A stretch of 64,000 nucleotides of DNA. Source: an uncultured Bacteroidales bacterium. Lineage in GTDB: Bacteria > Bacteroidota > Bacteroidia > Bacteroidales > VadinHA17. The position numbers were made by a program, and so were the translations under genes. Under the pieces are notes generated by a model that searched no databases, was not told the DNA's origin, and saw nothing but the letters and a program-made list of their open reading frames with translations. The stretch spans positions 1,258,998 through 1,322,997 of the forward strand of contig CAVPGA010000009.1 in the NCBI GenBank assembly GCA_963703935.1, read 5' to 3'. Of the stretch, positions 51,214 through 60,605 are shown one piece after another (the stretch's first letter is position 1; every line of letters begins with the position of its first letter).

Positions 51214-51707
51214 GTTGTTTTTTCAGGTTTAAGGAAATACTCAATTTTACCCCTTTCACGGACGATCCCTTTCCAGGTATCTGTTTTAAAGTAAAGACCC
51301 ACAATACCACTTTTGGGAAGGAAATCACATCCGTCCTTTGACAGCCTGTCGGGTATTTCAGTGAAAGAAGGATTATGACCGAAGAAAATTATGGTGTCAA
51401 TATCGTCTGTGACCTTTTCAATTATTTCAGAAAATGAATTAAGGGTTGCCCTGTGATAAAGGAGATTTTTGAGAATGATAGCTTCAGGACTCATTCCGAA
51501 TACCCTGGCGAAGACAAGAGCTGTTTCAAGCGCTCTGAAAGCCGGGCTGCTAATAAATATTCCGGGATCTTTCTCTTTGTTTTTCAGGATGGCAGCCATC
51601 TGTTCGGAGATATTTTTCCCTTTGGTTGTAAGGGATCTTTCAAAATCAGGGATCATTGAAGTAGGTTCTTCTGCTCTTCCGTGCCGGACAAAAATCAGCT
51701 TTTTCAT
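51210..51707 (-). CDS. sixA: Histidine phosphatase family protein (SixA-like)
   Basis: LIFVRHGRAE. 165 aa. The stop overlaps the ppk1 ATG (ATGA). Confidence 0.7.
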   Translation of the reverse strand: MKKLIFVRHGRAEEPTSMIPDFERSLTTKGKNISEQMAAILKNKEKDPGIFISSPAFRALETALVFARVFGMSPEAIILKNLLYHRATLNSFSEIIEKVTDDIDTIIFFGHNPSFTEIPDRLSKDGCDFLPKSGIVGLYFKTDTWKGIVRERGKIEYFLKPEKTT

Positions 51708-51755
51708 CTGAGTCGAAATATTAAAATTGTTTCAACGATCTCAACATAACTTGAG

Positions 51756-51763
51756 CAAATTTA
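51756..51763 (-). promoter_or_regulatory. Candidate -7 promoter box TAAATTTG
   Basis: Exact TAnnTTTG match on the minus strand, about 49 nt upstream of ATG 51707. Confidence 0.4.
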
Positions 51764-51873
51764 GGGTTTTAAAGGAGATTTTGTTCAATTGATCAATTGA
51801 ATTTAGTTGCCTTTTAAATGTTGACATTTATTATGTAATTTTATGAGATCTGTCACAAGCTCGAATATTTGCT

Positions 51874-52755
51874 ATGCTTCCGGATTACGTAAAACTGAAA
51901 GACATCAAGCCTGCCCTGAGCGGATACATCAGGGAAGCTCATTCCATGCTTCCCACCGATGCAATACCTGATGAAAAGGTGGTTCACGACATCCGTGTCC
52001 TGATGAAAAAGTCAAGGGCTGTAATGAAACTTATCAAAGGCCAGATTGACGAACCCACATTCAACAGAGAATACAATACCTTCAGGGAAACCGGCAGGAA
52101 GATGCAGGAATGGCGCGAGACATCAGTGCACCGTAAGATCCTTAAAGATCTTCGCAAGAAGCACATCGACATTTTCAACAGCCTCCGGGATCATGAAAAA
52201 GTAAATTTTTTGCTCCGAAAACCTGTGGCCACTGAACTATCCCCGGATGCAAGGGAAAACCTCGGGGATATTGCCGGACTGTTAAATAAATCCGGATACC
52301 GTTTAAGGTTTCAACCGATGAATAACTTTGATCCGCATCTGCTACTTAAACAACTGGAAATAACTTATATTGATGTATCAGACAATTACCTGACAGCAAG
52401 GAATACTTTGAAGTCATCAGATCTGCACGAGTTCCGCAAAAAGACCAAGGACTTTCTTTACCAGCTTTATTTTTTCAGATCATTAAAACCAAAGGTAGTC
52501 AGGGACCTTGAGAACAGGCTCGACACGCTGGCTCAGAATCTGGGCAGGTATAATGATCTTGCAGTACTTTTGGAAACCCTTGACTACAGATACAAAGGAC
52601 CGGGAGAAGCCAATCCTCAGCTTGATGAGCTTGCGGTAATTATACATAACAGCCAGGACAGGTATCTTTCAAAAGTATGGCCCGAAGCCTATTCTATGTT
52701 CTGCCCAGGTAAGAAACTGACGAATCTCCTGGGATATAAAATACTGGTGATCTGA
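51874..52755 (+). CDS. CHAD domain protein
   Basis: VHDIRVLMKKSRAVMKL and LHEFRKKTKDFLYQLYFF helical repeats are typical of CHAD. Confidence 0.7.
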   Translation: MLPDYVKLKDIKPALSGYIREAHSMLPTDAIPDEKVVHDIRVLMKKSRAVMKLIKGQIDEPTFNREYNTFRETGRKMQEWRETSVHRKILKDLRKKHIDIFNSLRDHEKVNFLLRKPVATELSPDARENLGDIAGLLNKSGYRLRFQPMNNFDPHLLLKQLEITYIDVSDNYLTARNTLKSSDLHEFRKKTKDFLYQLYFFRSLKPKVVRDLENRLDTLAQNLGRYNDLAVLLETLDYRYKGPGEANPQLDELAVIIHNSQDRYLSKVWPEAYSMFCPGKKLTNLLGYKILVI

Positions 52756-52786
52756 CCGATTGATCTTAAATACGGATGAAATAACT

Positions 52787-53285
52787 CTAGGTAAATATAA
52801 TATGCGATCCCTCTCCGCCTGCAAGTTCATAAAACTCTCCCACAGTAAGGATATCACTTACCTGATCCCATAAGTCCTCTCTTTTCAGCTTGAACATATC
52901 TACAGCGAGTCTGCAGGCATAAACTTTGCCACCTCCTGCAGTAATAAGTTCAAGAAATTCACTTACCGGAGGAATATCCAGTTTATCCATTCCGCCTAGC
53001 ATCATGTTTGAAGTTAGTGATTCCATGCCGGGCAATATACCTAACAAAGTGGGCATCCTAACACCGCCAGGAAGTCTTAAAGCAGGGTTACCGACAACAG
53101 AAGTATGAAGTTTATCCATTCTTTTTTTAATAATTGCATCAAGACCAAAAAAGGTGAAAAAGAGGTTTGCCTGCAATACCTTCCATGACTGCGCCATTCC
53201 CCAGCACCAGGGTTGCGTAAACGTCTTCAATTGCACCTTTCGCGCAAATGAGATTGACTTTTTTTACCGGATTTTTCTGTTCCAT
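52787..53285 (-). CDS. DsrE/DsrF-like family protein, one frame break near 53155
   Basis: ATG 53285 gives MEQKNPVKKVNLICAKGAIEDVYATLVLGNGAVMEGI. The rest (ANLFFTFFGLDAI...KVYACRLAVDMF...) is in ORF 52787-53236, in another frame. Confidence 0.65.
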
Positions 53286-53304
53286 TTCTTTAGATTATTA
53301 ATTA

Positions 53305-53616
53305 TTATACACAACTTGCCGGTTTGGGAATACCTGCGATTTTAGTAGCTTTTTTAAGAGGTGCACCGGGGAATAACTGATAAAATGTCTTTACGTCAAG
53401 GACTCCCGAGTGATTTATGCTACGGATTGACAGAGCTTCTCCGTTGTTATGCCTGTTACGGAGAAACTCCATGATTGCAAAATGTTTATCTGTAAGGACA
53501 ATACCTTCTTCTCTGGCAATTTCAACAGCTATTTCTTTTGTCCATTGGGAAGGATTTGTAAAATAACCTTCCTCATTTACATCTACTGTTATACCAGCAT
53601 AATTTTTTTGTGCCAT
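53305..53616 (-). CDS. TusE/DsrC/DsvC family sulfur-relay protein (single C-terminal Cys)
   Basis: 103 aa ending ...GIPKPASCV. No second Cys about 10 residues upstream. Confidence 0.8.
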   Translation of the reverse strand: MAQKNYAGITVDVNEEGYFTNPSQWTKEIAVEIAREEGIVLTDKHFAIMEFLRNRHNNGEALSIRSINHSGVLDVKTFYQLFPGAPLKKATKIAGIPKPASCV

Positions 53617-53646
53617 AATATTGAATTTAAGTTGTTAATCTATTAG

Positions 53647-54318
53647 TTAGTTATTTTCTGTTTTTGAAATGTTTTGTAAAAATGCCATGATAAATCCCAT
53701 ACTTTTTCTAACCTCAGGTTTGTTAAGCTGCCTCATCATCCGGAAAATGGAGTATTCTTTTATATCTTCAGGATTTATTTCCCTGAGTGCTGTTACCGCA
53801 ATATTTATTTTACCAAGCAATTTAGGATCCGAAATGATTACCAGAGTATCTACAACAGGAACAAGATTGTCTGCCATTTTCTGTATGTCATTGTGGGTAT
53901 ATCTTGAAAGTATCCGGTCCAGGGTTATTCCAATCTGATGGAGGACTTCGAAATACCCTTTTTGTTCCAACTCATGGAACTTCTGAACTCCATCCAGACC
54001 AATTTGTTTAATGATCGGCGTTACATCTTTCGCCAGATCGGTAAAGCTTTCAATTAATTCCATAATCATTCCGAAGCTCCTGATGTTCCTGATCAGTTTA
54101 AGAATAAGACAGGTAAGTGCTTCACTATCGAGTTCGATACCTGCATTGTCGAGGTGTATAACCAATTCCTTAAAAGCATCCTTTCCAATAACTGCAACAT
54201 CATCGGCAAGATCATTCATTGCTTCCCGGTTTTGTCTCTGGATCGAGGCTTCTTCGAGGATCAGATCAAGTTTACTGTTTATTTCCCTGATCTGTTCCTG
54301 TATTAGTTTATCTGACAT
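53647..54318 (-). CDS. DUF1641 domain protein
   Basis: The C-terminal MMRQLNKPEVRKSMGFIMAFLQNISK fits the DUF1641 signature. Its position next to an SQR-like flavoprotein is typical. Confidence 0.6.
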   Translation of the reverse strand: MSDKLIQEQIREINSKLDLILEEASIQRQNREAMNDLADDVAVIGKDAFKELVIHLDNAGIELDSEALTCLILKLIRNIRSFGMIMELIESFTDLAKDVTPIIKQIGLDGVQKFHELEQKGYFEVLHQIGITLDRILSRYTHNDIQKMADNLVPVVDTLVIISDPKLLGKINIAVTALREINPEDIKEYSIFRMMRQLNKPEVRKSMGFIMAFLQNISKTENN

Positions 54319-54335
54319 ATATTTTATTCTTTAAA

Positions 54336-55568
54336 TTAATCGGTCTTTTTACCAGCCATTGTCATATGCGTATCAATCGGCATCTCTTTGCCCTTAAGAA
54401 GTATATGCCAGTAGATCCATCGAAATATTAGCTTTCCGTAATGGTTGAGCCTGCTTTCTTTGAGAAGGCTGAAGGGACCAATTCCGGGGAAAGGAAAATA
54501 ACCCGGCAAAGGTTCGGTATCATAATTAAAATCTATAAGTGCTCCCTTTCCATGTCCTGTTTCGATATAGCAGTTAGAATGACCATCAAATTTTCCTGTG
54601 AATGGCCTTTCCTCAATATAGCACATTAAATTTTCAGTTAGTATATCTGCCTGAAAATGAACCACTGAACCTGCTTTGGAAGTTGGAAAATTTCCGGCAT
54701 CACCGAGGACGAAGATGTTTTCTTTAAGGACAGACTGTAAGGTGAACTTGTCGGCTTTAACAAATCCGAATTCATCACCCAGACCGCTTTTCATTATAAC
54801 GGGATCTCCGCTGTGAAGAGGTACCGTAACAAGACAGTCGAAAGTAACTTCTCTGCCTCCAAAGTCCCTTAATATCCTATTTTCATTGTCAACCTCCGAC
54901 AGGAAGAAATCAGTTATCATTTCAATGTTTTTATTCTCAAGAAGGCTCCCGAGAAGTTTTGAAGAACGGGGTTTTGTAAAAGCCCCTGAAAGGGGGGTCA
55001 CATAACTTATGCTCACTTTATCCCTCATGCCTCTTTCTGTGAAAAATGCATCAGCATAAAATGAAAATTCAAGAGGAGCCACAGGACATTTAATCGGATT
55101 ATCAACAATATTAATAACCAGACGGCCGCCTTCCCATGTTTTGAAAAATCTTGACAAGGCTTCAGCACCTTCGATTGTATAAAAGTCGAAAACATTTTTT
55201 TGCCAGAGCTCCCCTTTCAGCCCTGGAGTCTCTTCAGGACAAATTCTGGATCCGGTTGCTATTATCAGAATATCATATCCCAGGACCTCACCATTTGCAA
55301 GAGTGACTTTGTTGTTTTTATGATCAATGTTTTCAATCGGTTGATAAACTGAGTTTACCCCAATGGGCAGAAAGCTTTGTTTTGGTTTAACTACATCGGC
55401 TCTCTTATAGTAGCCAAAAGGAATAAATAAAAATCCGGGCTGGTAATAATGAGTTTTGTTCTCATCAACTACTGTAATGCTCCATTCCTCCCTGGATAAT
55501 TCTTTCCGCATTTTATTTGCCATTATTGTGCCACCGGTACCAGCACCCAAAATCAAGAGTTTTTTCAT
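54336..55568 (-). CDS. NAD(P)/FAD-dependent oxidoreductase, sulfide:quinone oxidoreductase-like
   Basis: KLLILGAGTGGT, HYYQPGFLFIPFG, and a second nucleotide-binding segment LIIATGS. Confidence 0.75.
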   Translation of the reverse strand: MKKLLILGAGTGGTIMANKMRKELSREEWSITVVDENKTHYYQPGFLFIPFGYYKRADVVKPKQSFLPIGVNSVYQPIENIDHKNNKVTLANGEVLGYDILIIATGSRICPEETPGLKGELWQKNVFDFYTIEGAEALSRFFKTWEGGRLVINIVDNPIKCPVAPLEFSFYADAFFTERGMRDKVSISYVTPLSGAFTKPRSSKLLGSLLENKNIEMITDFFLSEVDNENRILRDFGGREVTFDCLVTVPLHSGDPVIMKSGLGDEFGFVKADKFTLQSVLKENIFVLGDAGNFPTSKAGSVVHFQADILTENLMCYIEERPFTGKFDGHSNCYIETGHGKGALIDFNYDTEPLPGYFPFPGIGPFSLLKESRLNHYGKLIFRWIYWHILLKGKEMPIDTHMTMAGKKTD

Positions 55569-55602
55569 ACTATATCTACGATCTGTTAATTTATTAACAA
55601 TA

Positions 55603-55610
55603 CAAAAGTA
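55603..55610 (-). promoter_or_regulatory. Candidate -7 promoter box TACTTTTG
   Basis: Exact TAnnTTTG match on the minus strand, about 37 nt upstream of ATG 55568. Confidence 0.4.
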
Positions 55611-55758
55611 TACATTAGTTAAATATTAATATATGTTGATTTGTATGTTTTTTATACTGTATTAGGATTTTTTTGTCTATACTTTTTTTTGGATGAAAAT
55701 TTCGAGCTATCTTCAACAATCTTAATTTTTCGATTATTAACCAGTAACAAAATTCCTC

Positions 55759-56146
55759 ATGAAAAAAATTGCTCCGTTCATGCTGCTCCTGATATTCTGT
55801 GTTTCTGCTGCTTCGGGCCAAAACACCAACGTTAAAAACAATCCGGTTGGTAAATGGAAGTTTGAAGCTCCTTACTGCACCTGAAGGTTTCACGACTGGT
55901 TTGATCGAGGTGGGCTTCGCAGAGAATAAATATTCTACAGCTATTTCATTTACCGGAAGTGAATATAAAATTCCGGGAGAAAAAGTCATTGTTAAAAATG
56001 ACACTGTTAATTTTTCAGTTTTTATCGAAGGAGGCGATATTTTAATAAAACTGAAAATGGATGGTTCAACGAAAATGACCGGCACAGCCACAACTCCCGA
56101 TGGTGACATTCTTCTGACACTGACCAGAGAGGTTCAGTCTAATTAA
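55759..56146 (+). CDS. Small secreted hypothetical protein, one frame break near 55880
   Basis: ATG 55759 gives MKKIAPFMLLLIFCVSAASGQNTNVKNNPVGKWKFEAPY. The rest (APEGFTTGLIEVGF...) is in ORF 55799-56146. An extra T appears in CCTTAC-T-GCACCT. Confidence 0.55.
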
Positions 56147-56170
56147 GTGCAATAATCAGATATATGCTTT

Positions 56171-56223
56171 GATCTGCGGGATAAGCGGGAATTCTTTTGT
56201 TTCCCGCAGATTCCGCAGATTTA
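56171..56223. repeat. CGCAGAT-type hairpin element
   Basis: GATCTGCGGGATAAGCGGGA - ATTCTTTTGTT - TCCCGCAGATTCCGCAGATT. Confidence 0.85.
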
Positions 56224-56354
56224 CCCATCCGTTTTAAGGTATTATTATCCCCTCACTTTATTTGTCCTCTTTCACAATTGTTTCTGCGATTATAAAGTAA
56301 ATTTATCCTGGTAGTCCCGTCAAAGGTATTGCTTCTTACCCCTAAGTGAAATTT

Positions 56355-58325
56355 ATGAGAAAATTTCCTGTTTTTTTTGTCAGCTTGTTCCTGATAACCA
56401 GAATCATTCCTGCCCAGATTATTAACAAAGTACCATTAAGTGAACGGATCACAGGCTACAATATAGATGTTCGCCTTGACACCGACGCAAAAACTGTCGC
56501 AGGAACAGTGGATGGATTCTGGATCAATAAATCGGACGATACTGTTCCAGATATCCGGTTGCATATGTATATGAATGCCTTCAGAAGCAATCAGACAACG
56601 TATTTCAGGGAAGGCGGCGGCTCTCCGGGTAATACGGATCCGGACCTGGGCTGGATTGAAATAAGATCAATCACCGGCAAAAATAACACTGACCTGACTT
56701 CAGCGATGCAGTATATAAGTCCTGATGACGGTAATCCGGAAGACAGAACTGTTCTTAAGGTTTTGCTTCCAAAACCCGCGCTCCCGGGGGATACCGTTTC
56801 TGTCACTATTGAATTTGAAACCAAGCTTTCCTCATTTTTCAGAAGGACTGGCTACAATGATAATTACTATTTTGTTGCGCAATGGTTCCCGAAGTTTGGG
56901 GTATATGAACCTGCCGGGATGAGGGGCAGGACTGCAGGGGGATGGAATTGTCATCAGTTTCATTTTGATTCAGAGTTCTATTCAGATCACAGCGTTTATG
57001 AAGTCTCCATAAATACTCCTTCAGAGTATATTATAGGAAGCGGTGGGATGCTAATGTCGGAAAATGAGACCGGGTCGGGTAGAAAAACTTCGGAATACAG
57101 GGCTGAAGATATTGTTGATTTTGCATGGACTGCCTGGCCGGAATACATTGTTTTTAAAGAACAATGGAGGAATGTCTCAATAACACTGCTGACATCAAAG
57201 GATCGCTCCGGACAGACAGGGCGTCAGTTTACTGCAGTAAAAAATGCACTGGAGTATCTGAGTGATAACGTAGGTCCTTATCCCTGGCCTTATCTTACAT
57301 TTGTTGATCCTCCCCTTGTGGGCGCTGGTGCGGGTGGCATGGAATACACGACAATCTTTACATCAGAATCCTCTTATTTTATGCCCCGGTGGGTTCATCT
57401 GCCCGAGCTTGTTACAGTTCACGAATTCGGACACGCTTATTTTATGGGAATACTTGCCAGTAATGAATTTGAAGAGCCATGGCTCGACGAGGGAATCAAT
57501 TCTTTCTGGGAACAAAGAATCCTTGACAATTATTACGGAAAAAATTCAGGTCTTATCGCTCACCCGCTCTTTAAGGTGCCCGACCTTGCCCAGGCACGTA
57601 TCGGATATATAAGTTCATCAAATCGTCAGGTTATTAGCAATTCAGCTTTTTCCTGGAATTATCCGCATAATTCCTATTATATGATGTCATACTATAAAAC
57701 TTCAATATGGCTAAGTACCATGATGGGAATTGTGGGAGAGGAAACGACAAATGACATCTTCAGGGAGTTTTATAAGAAATGGGCGTTCAGGCATCCGTCA
57801 GGGAAAGATTTTACAGATGTGGCAAATGAAGTTGTAAGGCGCGATCATGGGGATGTCTTTGGGCCGGACATGAACTGGTTTTTTGACCAGACTCTTTACG
57901 GAACAGGAATATGTGACTACCGGGTTTCAGATATTGACAACCGGAAAGTTTACAAGCCTGAAGGTAAAGTGGATACAGCTAGCTTTAACAATTACGGATC
58001 ACTGCTTTCAGATTCACTCATAACGTCCGTTGCAGAGCTTGAAAGGGTAGGTGAGGTGATGTTGCCTGTTGACGTCCTGATCCATTTTACAAATGGCGAA
58101 GAGGTACTTGAAAAATGGGACGGGAAAAGCAGGTTTAAGGATTTTACCTATACAGGTTACAGGGAAATTGAATGGGTGAAAATAGACCCTGATTTTAAGA
58201 TCACGATGGATGTCAATTATGTCAACAATTCGAGGACTACAGAACCTGACAGGATTCCAGTCCGCCGTCTGATTGATAAGTTTATTTCTTTTATGCAGTT
58301 TTATCTGAGCGTCATATTGTTGTAA
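56355..58325 (+). CDS. M1 family metallopeptidase
   Basis: HEFGHAYF...WLDEGINSF (HExxH plus E). Signal peptide present. Intact; the ORF opens at GTG 56346. Confidence 0.85.
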   Translation: MRKFPVFFVSLFLITRIIPAQIINKVPLSERITGYNIDVRLDTDAKTVAGTVDGFWINKSDDTVPDIRLHMYMNAFRSNQTTYFREGGGSPGNTDPDLGWIEIRSITGKNNTDLTSAMQYISPDDGNPEDRTVLKVLLPKPALPGDTVSVTIEFETKLSSFFRRTGYNDNYYFVAQWFPKFGVYEPAGMRGRTAGGWNCHQFHFDSEFYSDHSVYEVSINTPSEYIIGSGGMLMSENETGSGRKTSEYRAEDIVDFAWTAWPEYIVFKEQWRNVSITLLTSKDRSGQTGRQFTAVKNALEYLSDNVGPYPWPYLTFVDPPLVGAGAGGMEYTTIFTSESSYFMPRWVHLPELVTVHEFGHAYFMGILASNEFEEPWLDEGINSFWEQRILDNYYGKNSGLIAHPLFKVPDLAQARIGYISSSNRQVISNSAFSWNYPHNSYYMMSYYKTSIWLSTMMGIVGEETTNDIFREFYKKWAFRHPSGKDFTDVANEVVRRDHGDVFGPDMNWFFDQTLYGTGICDYRVSDIDNRKVYKPEGKVDTASFNNYGSLLSDSLITSVAELERVGEVMLPVDVLIHFTNGEEVLEKWDGKSRFKDFTYTGYREIEWVKIDPDFKITMDVNYVNNSRTTEPDRIPVRRLIDKFISFMQFYLSVILL

Positions 58326-58336
58326 TTCAATCTTAT

Positions 58337-59227
58337 ATGAAAATCCTGTATTCGGTAAAATCAGGCTTCCTGCGTACTTTGAAATCCTGGAAAGGAGTAT
58401 TGATTATATGGCTGTGCTTCCTTATTCTGGTAGCAATTGTAGCGCTTCCCCTGAGAAATTCATTAAATTCAGCATTCGGTGCCAGCATGATCACTGAAAA
58501 GCTTTCGGAGGGTTTTAACCTGATGGCCTTTACTGATCTCGGACCGATTTTTAAAAGCCTGTTATCGTTTATTTCAGGCGGTTTTCTGATTGTTATTCTT
58601 ATTGGCTATATAATTAATGCTTTCCTGACCGGAGGCCTTTTCAGGAGTCTTAAGAGTGATGGTGGCAGATTTTCATCTTCAGATTTCTTTGGAGCCTGTG
58701 CGAAAAATTTCTGGTCGTTTCTGATTATAACCCTGATTATTAGTCTGATAATAATTTTTGTTTCCGGAATTATTATTCTGATAGCCATGCTTATCGTCAG
58801 TGCTTCAGAATCCATGCCGGAAAAGGGGATCTATAATATTGCATTTGGTTCAATTATTATCGTTCTTGCCCTTGTTCCTGTATTTCTTCTTGTGGCTGAT
58901 TATTCAAGAGCCTGGAAGATTTCAAACAGCGGTTCCCCCTTCATGGCGCTGGGATTCGGCTTCAGACACACCTTCCGGCATTTCTGGACATCCTATGCAA
59001 CCATGCTGATAATGATATTGTCACAGGTCCTTTTTGGATTAATTGTCATGTTTGTTATACCTTCGTGGAAACCTGACACAGGTAGCGGCGTTTTTCTGTT
59101 GTTTATTATTTCACAATTGCTTATCTATGCAAGACTTCTTCTTAAGACATGGAGATACGGCAGTATTACATCATTGATGGAATATAACCAGGATCAGATT
59201 GTACAATCCGGCAATAAAGTTCTGTGA
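58337..59227 (+). CDS. Polytopic membrane protein, hypothetical
   Basis: 296 aa, about 6 TM. No recognised family. Confidence 0.5.
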   Translation: MKILYSVKSGFLRTLKSWKGVLIIWLCFLILVAIVALPLRNSLNSAFGASMITEKLSEGFNLMAFTDLGPIFKSLLSFISGGFLIVILIGYIINAFLTGGLFRSLKSDGGRFSSSDFFGACAKNFWSFLIITLIISLIIIFVSGIIILIAMLIVSASESMPEKGIYNIAFGSIIIVLALVPVFLLVADYSRAWKISNSGSPFMALGFGFRHTFRHFWTSYATMLIMILSQVLFGLIVMFVIPSWKPDTGSGVFLLFIISQLLIYARLLLKTWRYGSITSLMEYNQDQIVQSGNKVL

Positions 59228-59286
59228 AACTGTTCCCTGTCTGCCGGCAGGCAGGCATGTGGCCTTTAATCAAAATTATCTGGAGA

Positions 59287-60557
59287 TGAAAACTGAGGAA
59301 ATTAAAAAGCTAAGGGCAGAGGCTGAGAATCACCTTAACAATGAACTCTTGCCCTTCTGGACTTCAAGGATGCTGGATAAAAGGAATGGGGGCTTTATTA
59401 CACATTTTGATAAGAATGGCAAGGATTCGGGCGAGGATGAAAAATCACTCATTGCCCAGACACGTTGCATTTATACATTGGCTTCGGCACATCGTGCCGG
59501 TTATGGGGAAGGCAAATTAGCCGGTTTTGCAAAACATGGGGTTGATTTTCTTTTAAATAAAATGTGGGACAATGAGCATGGCGGCTTTTTCTGGATGATG
59601 GACCGGAAAGGGAATGTTACAATTGATAAAAAGATAATTTACGGACATGCTTTTGCAATCTATTCCCTGAGTGAATATACCCTTGCAACCGGTGATCGCC
59701 GGGGCATTGAATATGCTGAGAAAGCTTTTGACCTTATCCAGAAGTATTGCGCTGATACAATGTACGGAGGGTACTGGGAAATGTTCACACGCGACTGGAC
59801 TCTTTGCGGACCGGGCAGTCAGGGTGGCGACAGAAAAACTCTCGACGTCCATATGCACCTGATGGAAGCATTTACGACGCTTTATGAATGTACTGGCAAG
59901 GATGTCCATCGCAGGAAACTGCTCGAAGTAATAGAGATTCTTCTTTACCGCATTATTCATCCGGTATACAAAACCGGAATCCCTCAGTTTTTTAAAGACT
60001 GGAAAGTTGCCCCGCAGATTAAATTCGACATAATCTGGGGATGGGACAGGTTTACCGGAGAAGGCCAGAAGGCCAATGTGACTGATAATACAGCTTATGG
60101 TCATAATGCCGAGTTTGCCTGGCTTCTGATCCACGCCCTCGGGATCCTGAAAATTGATCCGATTGCTTATAAAGATACTTTCCGTACAATTTTTGACCAT
60201 ACTGTCAATAATGGAATCGACAATGAATTCGGTGGGGTATATGTGGAAGGTCCTCACTCAGGTGGTGTATCCGATCGTGAAAAGGAATTCTGGCAGCAGG
60301 CTGAAGTGCTTACGGCAATGCTTGATGCTTATATTATGTTCAGTGATCCGGTTTACCTCGCTGCCTTCATCAATGTTCACCGGTTTGTATTTGACAGGAT
60401 GATAAATAAAGGAGTGGGAGAGTGGTATCCTTTGCTTACACGGCAGGGTGAACCGATCTGGACTCATATGGGACACTCCTGGAAGATCAATTATCATACT
60501 GTCAGGGCAATGGTCCAGAGCATAAACCGGCTCGATAAAATACTTGAAAAAGGATAA
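59287..60557 (+). CDS. AGE-family epimerase/isomerase (N-acylglucosamine 2-epimerase-like)
   Basis: LLPFWTSRMLDKRNGGF, IAQTRCIYTLA, GGFFWMMD, HAFAIYSL, LMEAF and NAEFAWLL. The likely start is the ATG at 59287, inside ORF 59199-60557. Confidence 0.8.
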
Positions 60558-60605
60558 CTTCCGGGACGCCTTTTATCAGGGGCTTGCCGGCTATTTTAAA
60601 CATAT

